Positions 27,539 to 38,633 of a stretch of DNA of 64,000 bases are shown piece after piece (the first letter of the stretch is position 1; each line of letters starts with the position of its first letter). The translations under genes were made by a program, and so were the position numbers. Origin of the DNA: Acidobacteriota bacterium (GTDB lineage: Bacteria > Acidobacteriota > Vicinamibacteria > Vicinamibacterales > JAKQTR01). A model generated the notes under the pieces. It worked only from the letters and a program-made list of their open reading frames with translations, was not told the DNA's origin and made no database searches. The stretch lies in the NCBI GenBank assembly GCA_037133015.1, contig JBAXOX010000010.1:11210-75209 (forward strand), read 5' to 3'.

Positions 27539-29269
27539 CTAGAAATTCACACCCATTTCGTACGATACCCGAGTCTCGCGGACGTGCGCCGCCGTCTCGT
27601 GAAACCAGCCACGGCGGTCGATGCCCCTCACCGCCACCGTCGCGAACACCGGCGTTCGTGGCAACCGCACCGTGAGGCTGGCAGCCGTGACCAGGCGCGA
27701 ATCGACAAGGCGGCCGTCGTCGGTGACCTGGTTCTGGTAGCGGTCCAGCCCTTGGATCGATCCGAACCGGCGATAGTCCAGGTTCGCGGCGGCGCTCCAC
27801 GCGCCGTATTCCGCTTCGGCGCTGCCGGTCAGTGTGGCGCCCAGCGCGTAGTAATACCCCCAGTTCTGCAGCGTGGTCTTGACGCCCCACGTGTCGTGCG
27901 TCGCCGAGTACTGGTTGAACGGGAGCGAGTTGATCATACTGAAATTCAACGCCGCACCCAGATCAAGCCGCGTGCGGAGTTTCCCCGCGTACATCGTCAG
28001 ACCCACAGTCGGGCCGGGAAGATGGACCGACGATCCCTTGTCGGTGTAACGGGTGGGTTGCTCGCGCGGAAACCACTGGTCCTTCATCCCGAGGTCGTGG
28101 CCGTCATATGGGGCGATGGGCTTCTTCTGGAAGACATCCCACGCCACCTGAATGCCGACCCAGAGATCGTGGCCGCGCCGCACGCCAGCGTCATCCTGGC
28201 CAACATCTTTCCACCAGCGGCCAAACAGCAGCGCGCGCGATCCCAGGTTGAATTCTTCGACCCGGCTCCCGCTCGCGTGGACATCGGCGTGAAACCCGGC
28301 ATCGATGGTGTCGCGAAATCGCCCGCTGCCTTTGCCGGCGACGCCGTAGTCGGGCAGCGTCACCAGACGCAGGTCGAGATTCACGACGTTCAGCGTCTCG
28401 GCGGCGCTGTCGGGGAGAGGCAACCCGCGGACCGCGCCCGTCGAGAGTCGAAAGTCGTGCCACCGACTGGTGGGTGTCCGCGTAGGACGATTGGCGCCGT
28501 CGAGCAGATCGTTAAGGGCGACCAGTGGGTTGGTCGCAACCGCGGCCAGCCTGTTCGCGGCGCCAGGACGATTTCGAAAATAGCTGCCGAACTGGAACAG
28601 CGGTTCGGCGATGGCCATCCCGCCGACCGCCGTGAAGACGTGATCGTTGATCGACGAAATCTCCCGCCACTCTGCGCCGTATTCCCACAACACCGACCCG
28701 GCAGCGGCAAACAGGAACGATTCGCCCGCGCCGAACCCGTTGCTCCGGCCGAACGAGTAATAGACGCCACCGGCGGCGCCATGCGTCCAGTTGAGGCGCA
28801 TGTTGTTGGAGTCGAGCCTCAACCCTTCGGAGGTGAACCACTTCCGTGCCTGGTCCTTCCACGTCAGCCTGAACTGCCAATCCTCGACAAATGAGGCGTA
28901 CTTGCGCCAGTAGTTGGCGGCCGACCACGCGATGAAGGTTCCCATCTCGATCGTCGCCCGGCCAGTCTGTCGGGGGCGTGATGCCGGCCTCACGTCCGGC
29001 GCCAGCGGGTCGTTGAGATCGACAGCCGGATCGCGCCAGCCGCGGTCGGCAGGTAGGAAAGGCACGTCGAGCCCGGCATCCCACCGCAGACGCGGCGGCG
29101 CTTCCCCGTCGATCTGTGGCAACGCGACGACCGGGGCTGCCTGGACTGTCGATTGGGTCACCGCGACAGATTCGGCCGTCTGCGCCTGCCCGACCGCCGG
29201 CGTGCCCACCAGCACGGCGACGGCAAGGCAGACCAAGCCCGCACGCGCAAAAGCCTCGTCAGTCGTCAT
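27539..29269 (-). CDS. Putative outer-membrane protein, DUF3943-like
   Basis: Signal peptide (…LVGTPAVGQAQT). The central segment (ESFLFAAAGSVLWEYGAEWREISSINDHVFTAVGGMAIAEP) recalls DUF3943, from memory only. Beta-rich C-terminal half ends in YEMGVNF. Confidence 0.5.
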   Translation of the reverse strand: MTTDEAFARAGLVCLAVAVLVGTPAVGQAQTAESVAVTQSTVQAAPVVALPQIDGEAPPRLRWDAGLDVPFLPADRGWRDPAVDLNDPLAPDVRPASRPRQTGRATIEMGTFIAWSAANYWRKYASFVEDWQFRLTWKDQARKWFTSEGLRLDSNNMRLNWTHGAAGGVYYSFGRSNGFGAGESFLFAAAGSVLWEYGAEWREISSINDHVFTAVGGMAIAEPLFQFGSYFRNRPGAANRLAAVATNPLVALNDLLDGANRPTRTPTSRWHDFRLSTGAVRGLPLPDSAAETLNVVNLDLRLVTLPDYGVAGKGSGRFRDTIDAGFHADVHASGSRVEEFNLGSRALLFGRWWKDVGQDDAGVRRGHDLWVGIQVAWDVFQKKPIAPYDGHDLGMKDQWFPREQPTRYTDKGSSVHLPGPTVGLTMYAGKLRTRLDLGAALNFSMINSLPFNQYSATHDTWGVKTTLQNWGYYYALGATLTGSAEAEYGAWSAAANLDYRRFGSIQGLDRYQNQVTDDGRLVDSRLVTAASLTVRLPRTPVFATVAVRGIDRRGWFHETAAHVRETRVSYEMGVNF

Positions 29270-29284
29270 CCCCGAACGCTTCCC

Positions 29285-31459
<2,175 letters not shown>

Positions 31460-31484
31460 TTTTCCTCCGATACAGGTATTAATG

Positions 31485-33410
31485 TCACTGCTTGACGGTG
31501 TGTAACTGCAGGGCTGTAGTCTCGCCCGCCGTTATCGTGATAAAAATCGCGCGGGAGCGGTATCTCTCGAGAGCCTCGGGGTCGTAGGCCGGCGAGTTCG
31601 TTCCGGATTCGAATGCGATGACCCCGTAGCGGCCGGGAATCAGCGACCCGCTGACGACCCGTCCCGGCTCCCGCGACCCCGCCACTTCGGGCGCCGTGGA
31701 TCCGACGGCCGGCGGAGGCGTCGGCACGCTGGACGGGGTGCCGCTCGCGGTTCGCGCCAGCCGCACGTAGGGCGATCCCTCGAACCATCGCGTCGCGTCG
31801 TCGCTGAAGACGAGAACGTTGGCACCGGCCGCGGGGTCTCCGTTCGCGTCGGTGACCGTCGCCGCACACGTGCCGGTTTCCGACGTCAGGACAATCTCAA
31901 CATCGGTGATGATCTCGGTGCCTGTCAACTCCAGCGGCGTCGCCAGAATATCCTGGCCGCCCCGCCGGACCGACTTGAGCGCCACCCGACCGCCTGACGC
32001 CATCACCCTGAACGCACCTCGCAGCCCCATCAATTCGAACGTCCCGTCGTCGCGCATCGGCGTCGGCCGTCCTGCCGACGAGCCCGGCAGATACGGCGCC
32101 GCGGCGACCGTGGCTGGCCGCGACGTCACCATCACTCGTACCTGGCGGTTGACGCTCGTGCCGTCGGCCCCGCTCTGCGTATACGGTCGCGGTTCGGGCA
32201 TCGTCCCTTCCACCACGACTTTGCCGGAAACGGTCGCGCCTTTGTTGGTTCGCAGACTCACCGACACGTCGTCGCCGTTGACGCTGACCGTCTCGATCGC
32301 GCCCTCGTTGGAAAAGTTGGCGGGACCGTCGCCCAGCGTGAGGTTGGCGACGAGAAAATAGTCGCCGGGAGGCACAGCGCTCGACACAAACGAGCCGTCG
32401 GGCCTGCGCGACATGCCGCCCACGGGCTGCGTCGAGTCGTGACGGGACATGAGGGACACGTAGCCGCGTTGGGACATGGCGCTGCCAGACGAGTCGGTTA
32501 CCAGGGCGGTGATGCGTCCCATCTTCGCGCGCTGCAGCCCGATATCGATGCCGGGCGTATCGTGGCCGGCCTGCACGGTGACGGTTCGGGCCGTATCCAT
32601 CGATGCGGTCCCCGGGTAGAACGTCGGGGCGAATCCAAATTTCTGGTCCTCGAGGTCGAAGGTGGCCGGCGCCTGGCCGACGTCGATGTACGACGCGGAC
32701 ACGTAGTACTCGCCAGGAGGAAGATCCCAGAGGCGGTACTCCCCGAGGTCGTTGGTCATGTTGAAGCCGCCGGCCCCGACGCCGCTGACCAGCCGCCTGA
32801 CGCCTCCGACGCTTTCCCACCGCGCGGCGCGCAACTGGGCGCGCGGCAGCGGGTCGCCAGACTCGTCGGTCACCTTGCCGGTGATGGCCCCGGCCCGCCT
32901 GAGGCGAATCACGACGGTCGATGTTCCGGCATCGGCCAGTTGCACCGATTCGGGCTGACCGGGCCTGACGAATCCACCCTGCGGATTCGCGCTCACCGAG
33001 AAGCGGCCCGCGGGCAGGCCCGTGAATTCGAATCGGCCAGCCGCGTCAGTTTCCTTCTGTTTCTGAATCATGCCGGGAGGCAGTCCGCCGCCGCCCACCG
33101 TCGACACTTGCACCGAGGTGGAAGCCCCCGCGGCTTGAGCCCTGCCGGTCAGGGCGGCCTGCGGCGTCCCGCCAGAAAGTGTGATGGAGACCCGTTTGAC
33201 GGGGGTGCCAGTCTCGGCCGACACCACCTGCCCGCTGATTCGGCCTGTTCCGCCCGGATTCGCCGTTGAGGCGCGCGCGGTCGGAGGTGTTCCGGCCTGC
33301 GGCTGAGCCTGTCCCCCGCCTTGCGCCACCACCTGTCCCACGGCACACACCACGAGGGCACCTGCCGCACCGACCACCGCCACCAGCGACAATCGCCAGG
33401 GTCTGATCAT
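31485..33410 (-). CDS. Carboxypeptidase-regulatory-like (CarboxypepD_reg) repeat exported protein
   Basis: Trimmed to ATG 33410 (GGAGGAAAG SD, MIRPWRLSLVAVVGAAGALVV signal). Repeated G.ISG.V.D..G.P modules (GRISGQVVSAETGTPV, GAITGKVTDESGDPL, GRITALVTDSSGSAM). The rest of the 1289-aa ORF overlaps a real plus-strand gene. Confidence 0.75.
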   Translation of the reverse strand: MIRPWRLSLVAVVGAAGALVVCAVGQVVAQGGGQAQPQAGTPPTARASTANPGGTGRISGQVVSAETGTPVKRVSITLSGGTPQAALTGRAQAAGASTSVQVSTVGGGGLPPGMIQKQKETDAAGRFEFTGLPAGRFSVSANPQGGFVRPGQPESVQLADAGTSTVVIRLRRAGAITGKVTDESGDPLPRAQLRAARWESVGGVRRLVSGVGAGGFNMTNDLGEYRLWDLPPGEYYVSASYIDVGQAPATFDLEDQKFGFAPTFYPGTASMDTARTVTVQAGHDTPGIDIGLQRAKMGRITALVTDSSGSAMSQRGYVSLMSRHDSTQPVGGMSRRPDGSFVSSAVPPGDYFLVANLTLGDGPANFSNEGAIETVSVNGDDVSVSLRTNKGATVSGKVVVEGTMPEPRPYTQSGADGTSVNRQVRVMVTSRPATVAAAPYLPGSSAGRPTPMRDDGTFELMGLRGAFRVMASGGRVALKSVRRGGQDILATPLELTGTEIITDVEIVLTSETGTCAATVTDANGDPAAGANVLVFSDDATRWFEGSPYVRLARTASGTPSSVPTPPPAVGSTAPEVAGSREPGRVVSGSLIPGRYGVIAFESGTNSPAYDPEALERYRSRAIFITITAGETTALQLHTVKQ

Positions 33411-33569
33411 CTTTCCTCCACCGGCCGGTATGTTAGCGTAAATCGACCCGCCGGCCGGTCGGCTCGACACCGTCCGGATCTCAATCCCGTCTGCGTGTCC
33501 CCTCCGCAACAGAGGCTCTCGGCTCAAGAATCCCGTCCCGACGCCGATTGTCCGTGTAGACGGATTGGC

Positions 33570-35378
33570 ATGCCAGAAGACTTTTCGGCCCCATCGGCGA
33601 TTGTCTACGCGGTCAGCGCGCGCGGCCGCCAATTGTGGCGCGTGCACATTGCCGGCTCCACCGCGATGGCGGTGATTGGCGCCATCTACGCCTTCGTCAA
33701 GGTTTCTGGCCGCGCTGCCTCGGCTGAGGTGGTCGTCGGGACCGACCATGGCGCGGCAGCCGGACCGCTGTCGTGGGTGTCGGCTTTTCTGTTGCCCGTT
33801 GAGGCGGTGGCCGCATTCGGCGTGGTCCTCCTGCTGTTTGCGTACCTGCGCAATCGACGCCACCTGTCCGAGTTGTTGAGAGTGGCCGAGTGTGCGCAAC
33901 AAGAACTGCAATTGCGGTTCGCGGACCTGTTCAGGTTTTCCAACGAGGCGGTGTTTCTGCTCGACGCCGGCGGCGTGATTCTCGAGGCCAATCAGCAGGC
34001 CGAGAAGACCTACGGATACTCCCGCGCCGAACTGGTTGGGATCGATGTGTCCCTGTTGCGGGCCGCCGACGTGCGCGGCAACGTCGCGCCAGAAATCGAT
34101 TACGTCAGAGAGCACGGCAATCTGCGCCGCGAGACCATCCACGTGCGCAAGGATGGCACCCGCTTCCCCGTCGAGTTCAGCGCCACCGCCATTCACATCA
34201 ATGGCAAGCTGTTGTACCAGGACATCGTCAGGGACATCGGCGAACAGAAACGCGCCGACGAAAAAATCCGCGAAGCCACCGAGCAAATGGGGCAGTTGGT
34301 GCGACAGCTCGAGGAGCGCAATCGCCAGAACGGCGCGCTGGGGGAGATGCGCGAGTTCCTGCTGGCGTGCTCGACACTCGACGAAATCGGGCCGGTGGTC
34401 GCCCGATCGATGAGACAGTTGCTGCCATCGCTCCAGGGAGCGTTGTTCCTGCTCAGCCCGTCGAAAACCGATCTGGAAACGGCGGCGCGCTGGGGCGGGT
34501 TCCCCGAGACCCTCGACGACAATCTGTTCGCCCCCGACTCGTGTTGGGGCCTGCGACGCGGCGTCGGGCACGTCGTCGACGGGACAGGCAGCGGCCTGGT
34601 GTGTCCGCACCTCAAACAGGCTGCCCCACCTGCCTACGCCTGTCTGCCGCTCATGGCACGAGGCGACGTGTTCGGCCTGCTGCATATCAGGATGGCCGAC
34701 GGCAAGTGCGACACCGACGAAGCACGCGGGTCGATCGCGGCTGTGAAGGAATTGGCGGCCACGGTGGCCGAGGTGCTGTCGCTGTCGATCTGGAATATCC
34801 GGCTGCGCGAGACACTCAGCAATCAGGCGATCAACGACCAGTTGACCGGGCTCTACAATCGGGCCTTCATGGAGGAGGCCTTGCAGCGCGAGGTGTACCG
34901 CGCCAGCCGCATGCGCAGCCAGGTGGGCGTCGTGTTGATTGACGTGGATCGCTTCAAGCAGTTCAACGACACGTACGGCCACGCGGCGGGCGATCTGGTG
35001 CTCGCCGAACTCGCGAACCTGCTCAAGTGGCGCGTGCGAAAAGGCGATGTGGTGTGCCGGTACGGAGGCGAAGAGTTCGTGCTGATCCTCCCGGATTCTC
35101 CAGGGGCGGACACGGTCGAACGCGCCGAGAGCCTGAGGGAGAGCGTCAAAGGCCTGCGCGTGTCGTATTCGGGGCAGGACATCGGCCCGGTGACCGTATC
35201 GATGGGCGTCGCCCAGTTCCCGCTCAACGGATCCAAGACGGCCGATCTGCTGAGGGCCGCCGACATCGCGCTCTATCAAGCCAAGCAGCAGGGCCGCGAC
35301 CGCGTGGTGTTTGTCGATCTGATCGGGGGGGATCCGGCGGCGATCTCGCACCACGCGTCGAAAATTATCGCAGCCTGA
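33570..35378 (+). CDS. Membrane-anchored PAS-GAF-GGDEF diguanylate cyclase
   Basis: Two N-terminal TM segments, a PAS-like region (FRFSNEAVFLLDAGGVILEANQQAEKTYGY), a GAF-like region, and a GGDEF domain with an intact GGEEF site (RYGGEEFVLIL). The start, ATG 33570, is moderately certain. Confidence 0.9.
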   Translation: MPEDFSAPSAIVYAVSARGRQLWRVHIAGSTAMAVIGAIYAFVKVSGRAASAEVVVGTDHGAAAGPLSWVSAFLLPVEAVAAFGVVLLLFAYLRNRRHLSELLRVAECAQQELQLRFADLFRFSNEAVFLLDAGGVILEANQQAEKTYGYSRAELVGIDVSLLRAADVRGNVAPEIDYVREHGNLRRETIHVRKDGTRFPVEFSATAIHINGKLLYQDIVRDIGEQKRADEKIREATEQMGQLVRQLEERNRQNGALGEMREFLLACSTLDEIGPVVARSMRQLLPSLQGALFLLSPSKTDLETAARWGGFPETLDDNLFAPDSCWGLRRGVGHVVDGTGSGLVCPHLKQAAPPAYACLPLMARGDVFGLLHIRMADGKCDTDEARGSIAAVKELAATVAEVLSLSIWNIRLRETLSNQAINDQLTGLYNRAFMEEALQREVYRASRMRSQVGVVLIDVDRFKQFNDTYGHAAGDLVLAELANLLKWRVRKGDVVCRYGGEEFVLILPDSPGADTVERAESLRESVKGLRVSYSGQDIGPVTVSMGVAQFPLNGSKTADLLRAADIALYQAKQQGRDRVVFVDLIGGDPAAISHHASKIIAA

Positions 35379-35381
35379 GCA

Positions 35382-35741
35382 TCACAACGACGCGCCAATC
35401 GACTCGCTGAGCGCCGCCTGGCTCACGATCGCCTTGAAAAGATTGGCGTCGGTCAGCAGTGTGCCTTTGAGCCGCGCATTGCGCATGTTGCAGCCCTTGA
35501 GATTCGCCTCTTTGAGGTTGGCGTTGATGAGAATGGCGCTCTCGAGGCAGGCGTCCTCCAGTTGCGCGTGGCGAAGGTAGGCAAACGTGAGATCGGCGCC
35601 GGTGAAGTTGGCCCGGATCAGGTCCGCTCCCGCGAAGTTCAACCCGTGTAAATCGAGACCGGAAAAATCCACACCCGCCAGCCGCGCGTGCTCGGTGTTG
35701 GCGAGAATCATGATGACGTCTCTGCGCGTTAAATCTGCCAT
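35382..35741 (-). CDS. Pentapeptide-repeat protein
   Basis: The 119-aa ORF is almost entirely A(D/N)LxF-type pentapeptide repeats (GADLIRANFTGADLTFAYLRHAQLEDACLESAILINANLKEANLKGCNM). Confidence 0.9.
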   Translation of the reverse strand: MADLTRRDVIMILANTEHARLAGVDFSGLDLHGLNFAGADLIRANFTGADLTFAYLRHAQLEDACLESAILINANLKEANLKGCNMRNARLKGTLLTDANLFKAIVSQAALSESIGASL

Positions 35742-35783
35742 GACTGCCTCCGTGTGCGGCGTGAAGACGGGCGGCCCCGAACG

Positions 35784-37058
35784 CTACTGGTCGAGGCGCC
35801 GCGTGTTGGTCTCGGCCATCGGCCACATAATGGCCAGGCCAATCGCCCCGTAGATCATGATGTAGTAGGCCGGCGCCAGCGGGTGACCGAGCGTTTCGAT
35901 CAGCCACGTCGACACCAGCGGCGCGGTGCCGCCGGCCAGCGCCAGTGTGATGCTGTAGGCAAAACTCATCGAAGTCACGCGGGACCGCAACGGGAAGATC
36001 TCGACCACCATCGCACCCTGCAGCCCCAGCGCCATGCCGATCGGCACGGCCAGCAGCATCTGGCCGGTGATAAAACTGGCCGGCGCCCCGTACAACATCA
36101 TGTCGAGCGAGGAATAGATGAAGGCCATCACCGCCACAGTCAACGTCATCATCAGGCGCCGGCGCCCAACCTTGTCCGACAGCCAGCCGCCAAGCGGCTT
36201 CGAGATAAGGACCACGACCAGGCTGAGCGTGTTGGCCAACAGGAACAGCTCGCCGCTCGCCGTGGCCATGCTCTTTCGGCGTTCGACCGCGTAGGTAAAC
36301 GTCAGGTAGTAGGCCGCGTTGGTCATCGCCACGATGCCGAACGTCTGGACAATGGGGAGCCAGTCGGCCGCCAGCGAAGGCAGTAACTTCGGGCGAAGCG
36401 TGCGGGCCTTCAATCCTTCGGCGGTCTCGACGATGCCGCGGCGCAGCAGGTAGCCGACGACGAGAAACACGACGCTGCCGACAAACGGAATACGCCAACC
36501 CCAGAATCCGACATCGGCTGGCGGCAGCAGCGTGTTGACCAGCCACGCGGTGCCCGATCCCAGGATGAAGCCGATGGTCGTGCCGGCCGCCGTCGAACTG
36601 CTGACCAGGCCCCGTATCAGCGGCGACGAGCCTTCGGTGGTGTACACCATAGAGCCGGTGAACTCGCCGCCAAGCGAGAAACCCTGAATCAGGCGCATGA
36701 GCATCAACAGGATCGGCGCCGCGATGCCAATCTGGTCGTAGGTCGGCAGCAGTCCAAGCACCAGCGTCGCGCCGCCCATCAGCGCGATCGAAAGCGTGAG
36801 CAACGCCCGCCGCCCGATGCGGTCGCCGACGCGCCCGAGCACCAGGCTGCCGATCGGCCGCGCCAGGAAGCCGAGCGCAAAGGTGCCGAAGGTCAGAAAC
36901 TGCTGCGCCGAGTGACTCGACTGGGTGAAAAACTGCTTGCCGATGTCGCTGGCGAAGTAGCCGTAAACGGCGAAATCGAACCACTCGAGCACGTTGCCGA
37001 TGAGGCCGGCGAGTGCGGTTCGAAGCGGCGATTGCGTGGGAATCGGTGTGTCGGCCAT
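35784..37058 (-). CDS. MFS transporter, metabolite:H+ symporter (ProP/MHS-like)
   Basis: Trimmed to ATG 37058. Has an N-terminus typical of the MHS family (GNVLEWFDFAVYGYFA) and the MFS loop GRVGDRIGRR. 12-TM-like profile. Confidence 0.85.
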   Translation of the reverse strand: MADTPIPTQSPLRTALAGLIGNVLEWFDFAVYGYFASDIGKQFFTQSSHSAQQFLTFGTFALGFLARPIGSLVLGRVGDRIGRRALLTLSIALMGGATLVLGLLPTYDQIGIAAPILLMLMRLIQGFSLGGEFTGSMVYTTEGSSPLIRGLVSSSTAAGTTIGFILGSGTAWLVNTLLPPADVGFWGWRIPFVGSVVFLVVGYLLRRGIVETAEGLKARTLRPKLLPSLAADWLPIVQTFGIVAMTNAAYYLTFTYAVERRKSMATASGELFLLANTLSLVVVLISKPLGGWLSDKVGRRRLMMTLTVAVMAFIYSSLDMMLYGAPASFITGQMLLAVPIGMALGLQGAMVVEIFPLRSRVTSMSFAYSITLALAGGTAPLVSTWLIETLGHPLAPAYYIMIYGAIGLAIMWPMAETNTRRLDQ

Positions 37059-37225
37059 CTCACCCCCGGAAGTACGGCCGCATTGTACCTTGATCTCGAC
37101 GCAAGCCTCCACGCCGTGCGCGGTCCGCTGGGCGCCTTCGAGTCGATGGCCCGCCGACCAACCGGCGGAAATGCCAGCGCAGCCACCGCGGCGTTGGTGG
37201 CAATGGCGACGATGGCGGCCCGTCG

Positions 37226-37333
37226 ATGGAGTCGCGCGGCGGGTCGCATGGCACGTCGCATGGCGGGTCGAATGGCGGGTCGCATGGCGGGTCGCGTAGA
37301 GGGGTCGCGTAGAGGGGTCGCGTGGAGGGTCGG
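37226..37333. repeat. Degenerate 12-13-bp tandem repeat array with GGGTCGC core
   Basis: GGCGGGTCGCAT / GGCACGTCGCAT / GGCGGGTCGAAT / GGCGGGTCGCAT / GGCGGGTCGCGTAGA / GGGGTCGCGTAGA / GGGGTCGCGTGGA / GGGTCGG read directly. Located between the PEGA-gene stop and the MFS-gene start. Confidence 0.85.
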
Positions 37334-37380
37334 CGTCCCACCGCGGGGTGAGACGCCGATTGGGGAAAGGGTGAATCGAT

Positions 37381-38325
37381 CTAGCGGTAACCCATCAGGC
37401 TGCCACGGTAGGGGATGACCTGACCCGGCCGGACGGTGATGTCGAACAGAACCGGCTGGCAGCCGGAGGCGCGCAATTCCACCTCGTGATAGCCCGCCTC
37501 CAGAGGTACCGGTTCGCCGTCGAAGTCGCTGGCGACGCCGATGAACTGGCGGTCGATGTAGATCGCCGTGTCGTCGGGGTCGACCAGAAAACTCATGCCG
37601 CCGTAGCCGAATCCGCGACGCAGCGTAAAGCGGTGCCCGTAGCGGGGCGTCCAGCGGTCGTCGAAACGGTAGTCGTAGGGGTCGCCGACGAAGATCTCCA
37701 GGCCCAGCCGCAGCAGTCTCCACGACAGCGAGTCGTGCGACCGATAGCCGTACCCGTAGCCGTAGCCGTCGCGATTGCTGTAGCGCCCGCCGCCGGTGCG
37801 ATAGCCGTAGCCGCCGCCGGAGTAGGCCCGGCTGGTGTCGCGTCGGTTGCCGGAGCCGGACCCATAACGGTCGCCCGAAGTCGTGCGGCTGTCGGCGCGA
37901 TAACTGGCACCGCCCCTGGAGTCGGCGCGGGAGTCGCCGCTCATGATCCCGCCCGTGAAGCCGCGGGTGGTTCCGCGAGTGCTGTCGCGGCCGCTGTCTA
38001 CCGCCCGCCGAGCACCATCGCGAGAAGCCGGCGCGCTGTCGGCGCGGCGGTCGGACGATTCGGACCGCGGCAGTTCGCGGGCAACCGCGACGTCTCGCCG
38101 GGAATCGCCCGGCCTGGAATCGGCCGACCCACGGCGCCGGTCGCTCTGGCTGGCAGGGCTCTCGGACCCCACGCGGCCGCGATCGCTGTTTGTGCGCTCC
38201 CGAACGGTCCGATTCTCGCGACGGTCGGACCGGTCTTGGTCGGCGGAAAAAGCCGCCGCGGGAATGGCGCACAGGGCCACCGCCAGCATCATCATGCCCG
38301 TCGTCGTCGCGTGCTTGGTATTCAT
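37381..38325 (-). CDS. Exported low-complexity (R/S/D-rich, then G/Y-rich) protein with C-terminal PEGA-like domain
   Basis: Trimmed to ATG 38325 (MNTKHATTTGMMMLAVALCAIPAAAFS signal). About 170 residues of RS/RD repeats, then GGGYGYRTGGGRYSNRDGYGYGYGY. The C-terminus (AIYIDRQFIGV...LEAGYHEVEL) is PEGA-like. Confidence 0.6.
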   Translation of the reverse strand: MNTKHATTTGMMMLAVALCAIPAAAFSADQDRSDRRENRTVRERTNSDRGRVGSESPASQSDRRRGSADSRPGDSRRDVAVARELPRSESSDRRADSAPASRDGARRAVDSGRDSTRGTTRGFTGGIMSGDSRADSRGGASYRADSRTTSGDRYGSGSGNRRDTSRAYSGGGYGYRTGGGRYSNRDGYGYGYGYRSHDSLSWRLLRLGLEIFVGDPYDYRFDDRWTPRYGHRFTLRRGFGYGGMSFLVDPDDTAIYIDRQFIGVASDFDGEPVPLEAGYHEVELRASGCQPVLFDITVRPGQVIPYRGSLMGYR

Positions 38326-38633
38326 AACCAGCCCCCTGAATCGCCGCCTGCTGGGTAACCGGCCACCGCTCTTCGTATCGGCTTCGGCGGACCGTGCAAG
38401 CTGGCAACCTCTCATATCGCAACGGCCATGCCAGTAGAGATCGTTCAGTTTGCCTGCGATATTTGAGCGACTCGGTGCTGGGCACGCCAAAGTGTCCACT
38501 AGAAAGGACAAGTCGACGCTCGCCATGTGTCCGGGAACGGCGCTGCGGTGTTTTGATGGAAGGGTCGAAGGTCAGCCGGCAGCGCTATCGCCGGTCGGCA
38601 AGTTCGAAGCGTCAGTGTGAAACGAACGCAGAA

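Noticed and set aside
31485-35354. 1289-aa minus-strand ORF from the track
   Set aside because: It is a composite. Only the last 641 codons (from ATG 33410, which has a strong SD and signal peptide) look like a real CarboxypepD_reg protein. The upstream 648 codons are antisense to the well-supported PAS-GAF-GGDEF gene and have the R/H/G/A-rich composition typical of antisense ORFs in high-GC DNA.
36893-38485. 530-aa minus-strand ORF and the 290-aa plus-strand ORF (37486-38358) across the PEGA-protein locus
   Set aside because: These are alternative frames over a low-complexity G/C-rich region. Only the frame with a signal peptide and a C-terminal PEGA-like domain (37381-38325) has interpretable features.
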